From the IMG/VR virus record IMGVR_UViG_3300039916_000024, positions 1-46,667 of that record: a stretch of DNA of 46,667 nucleotides; one strand, given 5' to 3'. The first letter of the stretch is position 1. Each line of letters starts with the position of its first letter. Shown in pieces: positions 1 to 8,691 of the stretch. The notes beneath the pieces were generated by a model, which saw nothing but the letters and a program-made list of their open reading frames with translations, was not told where the DNA came from and searched no databases. The position numbers and the translations under genes were made by a program. The DNA is from a virus. Taxonomy: Duplodnaviria; Caudoviricetes.

Positions 1-2892
1 TCATGCCACTGCCCAGCGTATTGTGAACAGCGTTTCGGTCTCGGTGCGCTGGGCCAGGCGCTGTTCGAGCTGGTCGATCAGCGCGTCCCGCTTGCCCATG
101 ATCTCGTCCTCGACCTTGAAGATCTCCTGGCGCTGCCGGCGCTGCTGCTGCTCCAGCCGGCGGATCTTCTCCTGGATCTGCTTCTGCTCCTCCAGCGTCG
201 GGGCCTGGCGCGCCTGACGATGCAGGACCTTCAGCTGCTCCTTGGTGTCGGCCAAGGCCTTCTCGGCGGCCAGCACCATGTCATCGGCCCAGCGTTCGAG
301 CTTCTCCCGTGCCTCCTGGAAGTACCGGCTGTTCGCCTCCAGGCTGCGGCTGAGTGTGGCTTTGGCGTGGCGTTCTGCCTCGGCCTCCAGGTGTGCCTCA
401 ATGGAAGACGGCGCGGCTACGGGCCGAACTTCCCGGGCTCCGCAGAGGAACAGCCGCTCAAGCGTCTCCTGGTCGAGGGCCGACCCACCATCAATGAAGC
501 CGGAGAAGAGCAGATGTTCCTCCCGGTCATAGCTCTCGATGGCGAGCAGTCGAAGCGTGAGCCAGCCGGCCTTGCCTTTGAGCGCCTCCACGACGGAGAG
601 GCGGGTCGGATGATTTGAGATATCGAAGACGATCTCAGCGGGTGGGGTGGGCAGCGCGCACGCCGCGTCGAGCACATGCTGGCCGAGGGGATGCGACAGC
701 CGATAGAGGAACTGGTTGACCCCGTCCCCATTCTCCTCCTGCGCCTGCGGCCGAGTCTTGGAGATCAGATGGTAGCGCCCCCGCGCGATCTCGGGCTTGG
801 GCGGGGCGCGCAAATCGAAGGTCAGTGAATTCTCATCAAAGGCCGCTGCGCCCCTTAGCATGTGGCGTGTCACGGTCCAGAAGCGCCGACTGACGCGATC
901 CAAGGTCGCCTGAGTGTCCGCGAGCTGCAGCCGCAGGCGCTCGTGGACATCCTCATCGAAATTCTCGAGCAGCGCCTTCCGTGTGTCAGCAAGCCTGGTG
1001 CGGATCTGCTCCTCGAGTTCCGCCTGAAGCGCGCGAAAGGCTGCGTCGATCTCCCCCGGGCTCCGGCACTGCTGATAGATGGCGAGGATTCGCTTCTCGA
1101 AATCCACTCCAGACTCGATCGAGCCTAGGATCTCGTCCGATGCACCGAAGATGCCGTTGAACAGGTTGAACTTCTCGGTCAGCAGCTCGAGCACACGCTT
1201 GTCGGCCGCATTTCGTTCGTTCAGGAAATTGATCACCACCACGTCGTGCTTCTGCCCGTAGCGGTGGCAGCGGCCGATCCGCTGTTCAATGCGTTGAGGG
1301 TTCCAGGGCAGATCGTAATTAACGACCAGCGAGCAGAACTGGAGGTTCAAGCCCTCCGCCGCGGCTTCTGTCGCCAGCATGATGGTCGCATGGTCGCGGA
1401 AATGCTCCACCAGCGCAGTGCGGGAATCAACGGCGCGGGACCCAGATACTCGGCCTGTGTCTCGGTTGCGCGCGACCCAGTTCTCATAGATCGCAGTTAC
1501 GTCTGGCCCGCTGTTCGTCCCGTTGAAAAGCAGGACCTGTCCAGCGTAGCCATGACCTTCCAGAAAATCCCTGAGGTACTCCTGCGTGCGGCGCGATTCA
1601 GTAAAGATAAGGGCCTTGCGGGCTGCGCCAGTCTTCTGCATCTCCGCGAAGCCAAGGTCTAGCGCCTGCAACAAGGTTTTCGATTTGGTGTCTACACCGA
1701 TGCGGCGCGCCCGCTGCGCGAGGGCTTCGAGTATCGCGATCTCTTCGGTCAGCGCCGCCCGATCGATAGTCTGTGGCTCGGCGCCTTCGCCATTTTCGTC
1801 GCCGCCATCCTCGTCGAGGATCTCGTCGAGTAGATCATTCTCAATCTCCTCATCCTCAACGATCCGTTCCACCCATCCGGCATCATTGCCAATTTTCCGG
1901 TCTCGAAGGTCTTCCAATCGCAGTCGAAGGGCGTCGAGGGTCGCAGCAATTGCAATAGAAGATGATGCCAAGAGCTTTCGCAGGATGAGCGCCGTCAGAT
2001 GACGCTGCCGCCGCGGTAGCGCGTAACTCTCGTCCCGTTGGAGGAAAGCTGAGACGGCCTCGTATAGGGATTGCTCTGCGTCGTTAGGGTGAAACGGTCG
2101 AGTGAGAGCACGCCGTTCCGTGTACCGTACGTACTCAGTGACCTGCTTTCGCAGTGTCCTCTTGCAGAACGCTGCGAGGCGTACGCGCAGGCCAGCCAGA
2201 TCGCCTCCGGCGGTGGTGTACTGCGACCGGAACGCGTCCAGGTCGCCGAATAGCTGCTCCTCGATGAGTGTACTCAGGCCATAAAGCTCCAGCAGTGAGT
2301 TCTGAAGCGGCGTGGCAGTCAGGAGAACCTTGCGGCAGCCCTCCGTAGCCCAGCGGATCCCCTGGCCGACCTTGTTGCTCGGCCGATAGGCGTTGCGAAG
2401 CTTGTGTGCCTCATCGATGACCACGATGTCCCAGGCAATGCGCTTCAGCGCTTCGCGTTGGCTATTCGCGAAGTGGTAGGACATGACCAGAACAGCGCGT
2501 TGCGTGAGCGGCTCCTGGCCGAGGCGCTGGGCCTCGCGCCAGGAGCGCGCGTCGAGCACGACTGCAGGCAGATTAAATTTCTCCTCGAGCTCAAGAGCCC
2601 ACTGTTTCCGGATTGAGGCGGGACAGATTACGAGGAGCCGCCGCCTGCGTTCCGCCCAAAGCTGGCAAAGGACAATGCCGGCCTCGATGGTCTTTCCGAG
2701 ACCCACCTCGTCGGCAAGAATCACGCCCTTCGAGAGTGGCGACCTAAGCGCGAAAAGCGCGGCTTCGATCTGGTGGGGATTAAGGTCGACTGCCGCGTCA
2801 AACAACGCTGCAGAAAGGCGGTCGATGCCGGCCGGCGCACGACGCGACAGGTCCTTCGAAAAATACTTTGCGTGCTGATCAGAAACCCTCAT
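1..2892 (-). CDS. SNF2/RapA-family SF2 helicase with C-terminal coiled coil (defence/restriction-associated type)
   Basis: Motifs ILADEVGLGKT (I), VIDEAH (II), LTATP (III), NYDLPWNP and EQRIGRCHRYGQ (VI); Q/E/R-rich C-terminus; stop overlaps an ATG (ATGA at 4..1). Confidence 0.9.
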   Translation of the reverse strand: MRVSDQHAKYFSKDLSRRAPAGIDRLSAALFDAAVDLNPHQIEAALFALRSPLSKGVILADEVGLGKTIEAGIVLCQLWAERRRRLLVICPASIRKQWALELEEKFNLPAVVLDARSWREAQRLGQEPLTQRAVLVMSYHFANSQREALKRIAWDIVVIDEAHKLRNAYRPSNKVGQGIRWATEGCRKVLLTATPLQNSLLELYGLSTLIEEQLFGDLDAFRSQYTTAGGDLAGLRVRLAAFCKRTLRKQVTEYVRYTERRALTRPFHPNDAEQSLYEAVSAFLQRDESYALPRRQRHLTALILRKLLASSSIAIAATLDALRLRLEDLRDRKIGNDAGWVERIVEDEEIENDLLDEILDEDGGDENGEGAEPQTIDRAALTEEIAILEALAQRARRIGVDTKSKTLLQALDLGFAEMQKTGAARKALIFTESRRTQEYLRDFLEGHGYAGQVLLFNGTNSGPDVTAIYENWVARNRDTGRVSGSRAVDSRTALVEHFRDHATIMLATEAAAEGLNLQFCSLVVNYDLPWNPQRIEQRIGRCHRYGQKHDVVVINFLNERNAADKRVLELLTEKFNLFNGIFGASDEILGSIESGVDFEKRILAIYQQCRSPGEIDAAFRALQAELEEQIRTRLADTRKALLENFDEDVHERLRLQLADTQATLDRVSRRFWTVTRHMLRGAAAFDENSLTFDLRAPPKPEIARGRYHLISKTRPQAQEENGDGVNQFLYRLSHPLGQHVLDAACALPTPPAEIVFDISNHPTRLSVVEALKGKAGWLTLRLLAIESYDREEHLLFSGFIDGGSALDQETLERLFLCGAREVRPVAAPSSIEAHLEAEAERHAKATLSRSLEANSRYFQEAREKLERWADDMVLAAEKALADTKEQLKVLHRQARQAPTLEEQKQIQEKIRRLEQQQRRQRQEIFKVEDEIMGKRDALIDQLEQRLAQRTETETLFTIRWAVA

Positions 2893-3233
2893 GTCAGCCG
2901 ATCTAGGCTTGACGAAAGAGGCTCGTAATCGCGCCAGTTGTTACTAGAAAAGTTGCAGGCAGGACGGGACACCTGGCGCTTGAGCCTTTGTGGGCTCAGT
3001 GCATAGCTTGGACGGTCTCCCAGCGATTCTGCGCTCATACTGCCACCCTCCCAAGGAACCACCTCCCGAGGTCCCGAGAAGAAGTGCTGGTTCGATCCAC
3101 ATTCTGCCGGGGGAGCGTCTACCTGCAAAGGGCGCAACCTCGATTGCACAACCGTTCGGCGGAGCCGCGTCCGCCAATGCGCCCCTTACGGTAGCAAGTG
3201 GCCGCACGCGCGGCGTTTCCCTTACGACCCGGT

Positions 3234-3623
3234 TCAGATGCGCCGGGGGACCGATAGTTGCCGGTCCCACTCCGCCGGAAACGGCTCCATCAGCCCCGGC
3301 AGCGTCATCCCATCCGGCTGCCGCCCGTCCAGGATCGCCTCCACGATATCCGGCGCCAGCAGCGTGAGCCGGAGGAGGCGCGAGACGTAGGAGGAGTTGA
3401 TCTTCTCGGCTGCCGCCAGCTCGTTGATCGTGGCGAAGCGCCCGGTCTCCATCATCCGCCGCCACCGGAACGCCCGGGCCACCGCCTTCACCAACGTCGT
3501 GTCCCCAGCCGAGGACCCCCGGTTCGTGGTGCTGGCAGGCGCGATCATCAGCTTCCGCCCGCCCCGCTGCTTCCGGATTGCCAGCGGAACCCGCACGGTC
3601 AGCATCTGCGCAGCGCCCGTCAT
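3234..3623 (-). CDS. Recombinase-associated small protein with HTH-like C-terminal half
   Basis: ATGA-coupled to the recombinase; TINELAAAEKINSSYVSRLLRL resembles an HTH; a type I recall downstream of such recombinases. Confidence 0.8.
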   Translation of the reverse strand: MTGAAQMLTVRVPLAIRKQRGGRKLMIAPASTTNRGSSAGDTTLVKAVARAFRWRRMMETGRFATINELAAAEKINSSYVSRLLRLTLLAPDIVEAILDGRQPDGMTLPGLMEPFPAEWDRQLSVPRRI

Positions 3624-4972
3624 GCTGCCGCCCTCGCCGATTCGGCCGGTGGCGCCGCGAGGTCCCGCGCCAGGCTGGCCAGCCCCTCCAGCTTAAGCCG
3701 CACGTCGGCGCCGCCTGAACCGATGTCCACCCGATCGACAAGGAGGCGGATGATGCGCGCCTGCTCCGCGGGGAAGAGCTCCTCCCACAGCGGGTCGAGC
3801 CGCTCCAGCGCCAGCCGGGCCTCGTCTTCCGTCATGTCAGGCGCCGAGGCCCGTGCCGCGCGCCAGGCCCCAAGCACCACCTCCGGCTGGCGCAGCAGCC
3901 CCCGGACCTGCGCGATGACCGCGCCCTCGATCTCTACGGCGGAAATGCGGGCGATGGCCGGCCCGTCCGCGGCGCTGCCCTTCAGCACCGACTGGCTCAC
4001 ATAGTAGCGGTACTGCTGGCCGCGCCGGCCCCGCGCGTGGGTGGGCGACATGGCACGCCCGTCGCTGCCGAAGATCAGCCCGCGCAGCAGCGAAGGCGTT
4101 TGGCAGCGGGTGCGGTTGGCGCGTGTCTTCGGGCTGATTGCCAGCAGGGCATGCGCCGCGTCCCACATCGGCTGGGGCACGATGGCGGCGTGCTCGCCCG
4201 GGTGCGACCTCCCTTTGTGCATGGCCTCACCGAGATAGGTGCGGTTGCTCAGCACCCGGTAGACGTCGCTCTTGGTGAAGGCGCGGCCGCGCTTCGTGGT
4301 GGCGCCCTCGGCACGCAGCGCCTGGACCAGCTTCGTACCGGATTCTGTCTCGACGAAGCCTTCGAAGATACGGCGCACCAGTGCAGCCTCCGCCTCGTTC
4401 ACCAGCAGCTTGCGGTCCTTGGCGTCGTAGCCGAGTGGCACGAAGCCCCCCATCCAGATTCCGCGCGCCCGTGAGGCCGCCACCTTGTCGCGGATGCGCT
4501 CGCCGATGACCTCCCGCTCGAACTGCGCGAAGCTGAGCAGGATGTTCAGCGTTAGCCGGCCCATGCTGGTGGTGGTGTTGAAGCTCTGCGTCACGGACAC
4601 GAAGGTCACGCTGTTCGCGTCGAACACCTCCACCAGCTTGGCGAAGTCCATCAGCGCGCGCGACAGCCGGTCGATCTTGTAGACCACCACCACGTCGATC
4701 AGCCCGCGCTCGATATCGGCCAGGAGGCGCCGCAGCGCCGGACGTTCCAGTGTCCCGCCAGAAACGCCTCCGTCGTCGTAGCGATCGCGGACCAGCACCC
4801 AGCCCTCCGACCGCTGGCTGGTGATGTAGGCCTCGCAGGCCTCGCGCTGCGCGTCGAGCGAGTTGAACTCCATGTCGAGGCCTTCCTCGCTCGACTTCCG
4901 CGTGTACACGGCGGCGCGGATCTTCCGCACGGTGGCCGGCATCGCGGTCTCGGCGGCTGGCTTGCGCTTCAT
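3620..4972 (-). CDS. Large serine recombinase (integrase)
   Basis: Catalytic YTRKS, DGGVSGGTLERPAL, VYKIDRLSR, FAQFERE..ERIRDK; recombinase domain LSNRTYLG, GEHAAIV. Confidence 0.95.
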   Translation of the reverse strand: MKRKPAAETAMPATVRKIRAAVYTRKSSEEGLDMEFNSLDAQREACEAYITSQRSEGWVLVRDRYDDGGVSGGTLERPALRRLLADIERGLIDVVVVYKIDRLSRALMDFAKLVEVFDANSVTFVSVTQSFNTTTSMGRLTLNILLSFAQFEREVIGERIRDKVAASRARGIWMGGFVPLGYDAKDRKLLVNEAEAALVRRIFEGFVETESGTKLVQALRAEGATTKRGRAFTKSDVYRVLSNRTYLGEAMHKGRSHPGEHAAIVPQPMWDAAHALLAISPKTRANRTRCQTPSLLRGLIFGSDGRAMSPTHARGRRGQQYRYYVSQSVLKGSAADGPAIARISAVEIEGAVIAQVRGLLRQPEVVLGAWRAARASAPDMTEDEARLALERLDPLWEELFPAEQARIIRLLVDRVDIGSGGADVRLKLEGLASLARDLAAPPAESARAAA

Positions 4973-5475
4973 GCCGTGCCCCTCCGGTTCTTCAGGCCGA
5001 AGAACAGCCAGCCATTCCAGCGCGTGCCGGTGATGGCCCGCGCGATGGAGGAGAGCGACTGGTACGGACGACCCTGATACTCGTACCCGTCGTGCAGCAC
5101 GGTGACGCTGTGCTCGACGCCCTGGTACTCACGGATCAGCCGCGTGCCGGTGATTGGCTTGTCGTCGCCTCGGATGCGCCGGAGGACGGGATTCCCGCCG
5201 TCGAGCTGCTCGCCCAGGGCTTCCAGGCGCTGGACCGTCTCGGGCTTCAGGCCGCCATAGGCCAGTTCCTGGATCCGATACGCCAGGCGGCTCTCCAGGA
5301 AGCGCCGGTTGTAGGGCGGCGGCTCGGCGGCGAAGAGCTCCCGCCATTGCTGCTTCAGGTCCGGCGTGGCGGTGGTCTTCAGGGCCGCCAGCCGGCCCAG
5401 AACGTCGGCCGGCGGAATGGCGGGAATGGTCGGCGCCGGCGTGGTGCCGGCCTTCGATCTGGTGGCGCGTGTCAT
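4969..5475 (-). CDS. DUF2924-like protein
   Basis: LAYRIQELAYGGL, GTRLIREYQG, YQSLSSIARAITGTRWNGWLFFGL; ATGA-coupled to the recombinase. Confidence 0.88.
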   Translation of the reverse strand: MTRATRSKAGTTPAPTIPAIPPADVLGRLAALKTTATPDLKQQWRELFAAEPPPYNRRFLESRLAYRIQELAYGGLKPETVQRLEALGEQLDGGNPVLRRIRGDDKPITGTRLIREYQGVEHSVTVLHDGYEYQGRPYQSLSSIARAITGTRWNGWLFFGLKNRRGTA

Positions 5476-5684
5476 GCGGGTCTCCGGTTGGTCCGGTTCG
5501 CATGCAGGCGCTGGGGTGCCGGGAAGTGTAGGCCGCGCTCTCCCTGGTCAGAGGTCTCGCGCGCAGCTTCCTCAGCAGCGCGGCTGCGCAGCCGCAGCAG
5601 GCCGGCGGCCAGGATGCTGCATACCTCGCGGAGGTGCGGCGGGAGGTGGGGGTTGGCCGCAGGGCGGAGGGGTTCAATTGCCAC
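5472..5684 (-). CDS. Small hypothetical protein, first gene of the recombinase operon
   Basis: Coupled to the DUF2924 gene; start uncertain (ATG 5693 abuts the putative -10, so GTG 5684 is favoured). Confidence 0.6.
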   Translation of the reverse strand: MAIEPLRPAANPHLPPHLREVCSILAAGLLRLRSRAAEEAARETSDQGERGLHFPAPQRLHANRTNRRPA

Positions 5685-5693
5685 CCCCACCAT

Positions 5694-5723
5694 TTACCCA
5701 GGCACGTGGGAATCCGTCTCACG
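5694..5723 (-). promoter_or_regulatory. Putative phage-sigma promoter CGTGAGACGGATT-N9-CTGGGTAA for the recombinase operon
   Basis: Identical 13-bp and 8-bp blocks at identical spacing recur at 8654-8683 (+). Confidence 0.75.
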
Positions 5724-5764
5724 GAGTGCAGATTCGATTCGACAGACGCAAGCGTGGGTTGATA

Positions 5765-5779
5765 GAACGAAAAATGAAC
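5765..5779 (+). promoter_or_regulatory. Alphaproteobacterial LexA (SOS) box GAAC-gaaaaat-GAAC
   Basis: Exact GAAC-N7-GAAC with A-rich spacer, 16 nt before ATG 5796; overlaps a possible -10 TAGAAC (5763-5768; possible -35 TCGACA at 5739-5744). Confidence 0.8.
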
Positions 5780-5795
5780 ATCATTGGGCGAGAGA

Positions 5796-7040
5796 ATGGC
5801 CAGGGACCTCAAGAAGTTTGTCAATCCGAAGTTCCTGAAGACGGTCAATCTCGGCCTGTTCCGGCGGCTATTTGAGCGGCAGCCTGATGCATTGCGCGGC
5901 TTCGACTTGGCTGACTTCGACGGTGACGAAGCGGAAGTCCGGGATCGGCTGAAGGTCTTCTTCGAAGGTACCGAGGATGCGTTGCCGCGCGGCATCGTGG
6001 CAGACCTCCACCACATCGCTGAGCTCGGCACTGAGAACGGCATGCACTTGCTTCAGGAGCGTGCCGCCGCCCGCGACATTAACATCGCCGCGCCGCTCGA
6101 TCCGGATGGCAACCCAATCCCGCTCGATCCGAAGCACTTCGCCCTTCTCGCGTTTCTGGACCACCGCCCTGTCTTCGATGCTGCATCGGACATGCTGGCC
6201 CGCCAGGCCCGATCCTCCCTGGCCGAGTATGTCGGTCTTGATGAAGGGATCGAGCCGCGCCTCGATGACGCCTCACGGGCGGCCTTCGAGGCCGCGGCAG
6301 CCGAGATGTTCCAGCGCGACCACCGCGGCGCCTTCTGCCGCGTCGGGTGGTACGAAGATGGCGACCAGACAGTCCTGGTCGTCACCCACGGGGCGCCTGT
6401 GGCCGTCGTACCGGTGATCAATGGAGACCAAGAGGACGTCATCAGCTATCGCAGCGTCGAATATGCCGTGCTTGCCTACAATGTGGGCACTGGGCGCATG
6501 GGTGTCGGCGGCGTCCGGAGGGCGCTGCGCGCGGAGCTGGCTGAGTTCTTCGCTGTGCATATGCTCAGGCGCCCAGGCTTCTTTGCCGGCGAGGACTGCC
6601 AGGACCTCTACACGCTGGAGCGCATCGAGAACGTGGGGTTCGGCTTCCGGGTGAACCACGCCTTCGATGCAGGCATCCAGCAGGTGGACATCGTCGAAGT
6701 GCAGATCGACCGCATCGGCACAGACCCCCGCAGCGGTGAGGTGGCGGTCGAAGCGCAGAACGTGACCCGGGACTTTCGTGGCAATGCGCTGACCCGGCTC
6801 AATGAATTCGGCGATCGGGTCTCGTTCAGCACGGGCCGCTACCGGATCGGGCACATCATCATCCGCATCCACTTCGGAGATGGCCGTAGCCGTGCGTCTC
6901 GTGTGACCGTCAAAATCAAGCCGCCCTCCCTCGCCGTGTTCAAGCGGCAGCGCTTCGAGGCGCGGGTCATGGAGCTTCTTCGCCGAAATGGATTCTGCCG
7001 TGAACGACAGCCTGCCGAAGCTGCTGCTGCGGCGGAGTGA
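5796..7040 (+). CDS. Hypothetical protein (first gene after the SOS box)
   Basis: Long protein-like ORF starting MARDLKKFVNPKFLK; no recognisable catalytic motif. Confidence 0.85.
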   Translation: MARDLKKFVNPKFLKTVNLGLFRRLFERQPDALRGFDLADFDGDEAEVRDRLKVFFEGTEDALPRGIVADLHHIAELGTENGMHLLQERAAARDINIAAPLDPDGNPIPLDPKHFALLAFLDHRPVFDAASDMLARQARSSLAEYVGLDEGIEPRLDDASRAAFEAAAAEMFQRDHRGAFCRVGWYEDGDQTVLVVTHGAPVAVVPVINGDQEDVISYRSVEYAVLAYNVGTGRMGVGGVRRALRAELAEFFAVHMLRRPGFFAGEDCQDLYTLERIENVGFGFRVNHAFDAGIQQVDIVEVQIDRIGTDPRSGEVAVEAQNVTRDFRGNALTRLNEFGDRVSFSTGRYRIGHIIIRIHFGDGRSRASRVTVKIKPPSLAVFKRQRFEARVMELLRRNGFCRERQPAEAAAAAE

Positions 7041-7977
7041 GGGAGGGCACGGCGCCGTTCTTTGGGGGCGTGAGGCACAGCCGCATTTTGGCAGGGCGTT
7101 CGACCGCCTGCTGGCCGAAGGCCTGCTGACGGAACGCGCGCCGGCGACAACCTGGCCGCCTTGCTCGACCTGCGAAGGCCGCTGTGAAGGGCGGGATATC
7201 GTGATCATCGGCGATCTGCTGGTCGCCGAATGCCCCGAGGATCACCGCAGCAACACCACCCTGGCGCCAAACCTGATCCGCAGCTTCGAGATCGACGCGG
7301 CTGTGCTGTGCCGCCTGATTGCTGCTGCGTCAGGCCTCTCCGGCGATGTGGCGATGGTGACGGATGGCGTCTGGGATCTCGGCCGCCTGCCCAGTGGACG
7401 ATCGGTGATGCTGGCGCTCGATCCGATGTCCGCGGCCGACCCGCGGCTTGTGACGCTGATCCGCACCAGGGTGGAGCCAGATGAAACGACGCTCCTCCTG
7501 CCGGGCGCCGTCCCAGAATTGCAGCGTCAGCATCTCGCCGAGGCCGGGCTGCGCATCATGATGACCATGGAGGCGCTCGGCGATGCAGGATTCGCGCTGG
7601 ATCCTGCAGCGCTCGCGCCGGGCATGCCGGGGAAGGTCCGCCTCATCATCGGCCGCGCCGGACGAACGGTGGCTCTGGATCGCCGACCACGGCAATTGGG
7701 CGACCAACCGCTCCGGCTGCTGGTGAAACTGGCGGAGGCGGCGCAACGTCATGGCGGGTTCGTCGAAACCCATGAACTCGACCGCGCAATCTACGGAGAC
7801 CAGATTCGGCCCGCCGCGCGGGAGCCGCGGGACATCATTCGCCTTTTGAAGGATGGGCTGGCCGCGGGCCTGGAAGGTGCCGAAGCCAAAGCCGCACGCG
7901 ACCTCATCGAGGGTAAACGCCAGCCCAGCCGCTATCGCCTGGCGCTGACGCCCGAGGAAATCGATATCCGCCCCTGA
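7000..7977 (+). CDS. Putative transcriptional activator: N-terminal Cys cluster plus C-terminal OmpR-like winged helix
   Basis: CSTCEGRC...ECPED; C-terminal RTVALD..QLGDQPLRLLVKLA..ELDRAIYG..RDIIRLLK..SRYRLAL pattern; start GTG 7000 or ATG 6988. Confidence 0.7.
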   Translation: MNDSLPKLLLRRSEGGHGAVLWGREAQPHFGRAFDRLLAEGLLTERAPATTWPPCSTCEGRCEGRDIVIIGDLLVAECPEDHRSNTTLAPNLIRSFEIDAAVLCRLIAAASGLSGDVAMVTDGVWDLGRLPSGRSVMLALDPMSAADPRLVTLIRTRVEPDETTLLLPGAVPELQRQHLAEAGLRIMMTMEALGDAGFALDPAALAPGMPGKVRLIIGRAGRTVALDRRPRQLGDQPLRLLVKLAEAAQRHGGFVETHELDRAIYGDQIRPAAREPRDIIRLLKDGLAAGLEGAEAKAARDLIEGKRQPSRYRLALTPEEIDIRP

Positions 7978-7997
7978 ATTCGGCGGTGCTTGACCAT

Positions 7998-8024
7998 CCC
8001 ACGTTAGACCCACGCTGCTCCCAC
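7998..8024 (+). promoter_or_regulatory. Three CCCAC direct repeats with exact 11-bp period upstream of the sigma gene
   Basis: CCCAC at 7998, 8009 and 8020 in the intergenic region. Confidence 0.6.
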
Positions 8025-8085
8025 CAAGCGCGCGCCGCCCATCGGCATCGTCCGCCCATCGCCACCCGATGGACAGGACCAGCCG

Positions 8086-8658
8086 ATGCCCTTCACCCCC
8101 ACCCGCGCCGAAACCAATGCCCTGCAGCGTAGCGCCGACCGCGTCGCCCTGCGCATCATCCGCACCTGCCGGATCCCCCGCCATGAGCAGGAAGATCTCC
8201 GCCAGGACCTGCTGACGGACCTCTTCGCCCGGCTGAAGGGCTTCGATCCGGCCCGCGGCGAGCTTGGTCCTTTCGCCGCCGCCTGCTTCGACCACCGCGC
8301 CATCCGCCTCACCGAGCGCATCCTGCGCGGCCGCGCCACCATGACGCCGATCTCGCTGGATGACCCTCAGCCCGGCAGCGAGGGCCTGACCATCGGCGAC
8401 AGCGTCGCCGAGGCGGATGGCTATGCCGCCTGGCTGGGCCAGCCGACCGACGCCTTCGCGGCGGTGGAGCGCCGCATCGACCTCGATCGCGCGTTGGGCA
8501 CGCTGCCGGTGCAGACCCTCCCCCTCTGCGCCGAACTGACCGAGCGCTCCCCGCACGAGCTGGCCAAGGCCAGCCCAACGTCGCGCGCCACCCTCTACCG
8601 CCACCTGCGCGAGCTGCGGCTCCGCCTGCTCGTCGCCGGCATCCCGGCGGCGGCGTGA
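8086..8658 (+). CDS. ECF-type sigma-70-like factor
   Basis: Region 2-like EQEDLRQDLLTDLFARLKGFDPARG; region 4 HTH-like DLDRALGTLP..SPHELAKASPTSRATLYRHLREL; RBS AGGA. Confidence 0.8.
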   Translation: MPFTPTRAETNALQRSADRVALRIIRTCRIPRHEQEDLRQDLLTDLFARLKGFDPARGELGPFAAACFDHRAIRLTERILRGRATMTPISLDDPQPGSEGLTIGDSVAEADGYAAWLGQPTDAFAAVERRIDLDRALGTLPVQTLPLCAELTERSPHELAKASPTSRATLYRHLRELRLRLLVAGIPAAA

Positions 8659-8683
8659 GACGGATTTGCGGGAGGCTGGGTAA
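8654..8683 (+). promoter_or_regulatory. Putative phage-sigma promoter CGTGAGACGGATT-N9-CTGGGTAA for the replication operon
   Basis: Twin of 5723-5694; overlaps the sigma gene stop codon; ATG 8692 lies 8 nt downstream with no RBS. Confidence 0.75.
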
Positions 8684-8691
8684 TACTCAAC

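Noticed and set aside
3083-3110. GGTTCGATCC resembling a tRNA T-loop (possible tRNA att site)
   Set aside because: Flanks do not form a T-stem or acceptor stem; no cloverleaf.
2893-3233. attL location and ORFs 2889-3149 / 2944-3741
   Set aside because: No partner att in the window to compare; the ORFs look like non-coding or shadow translations.
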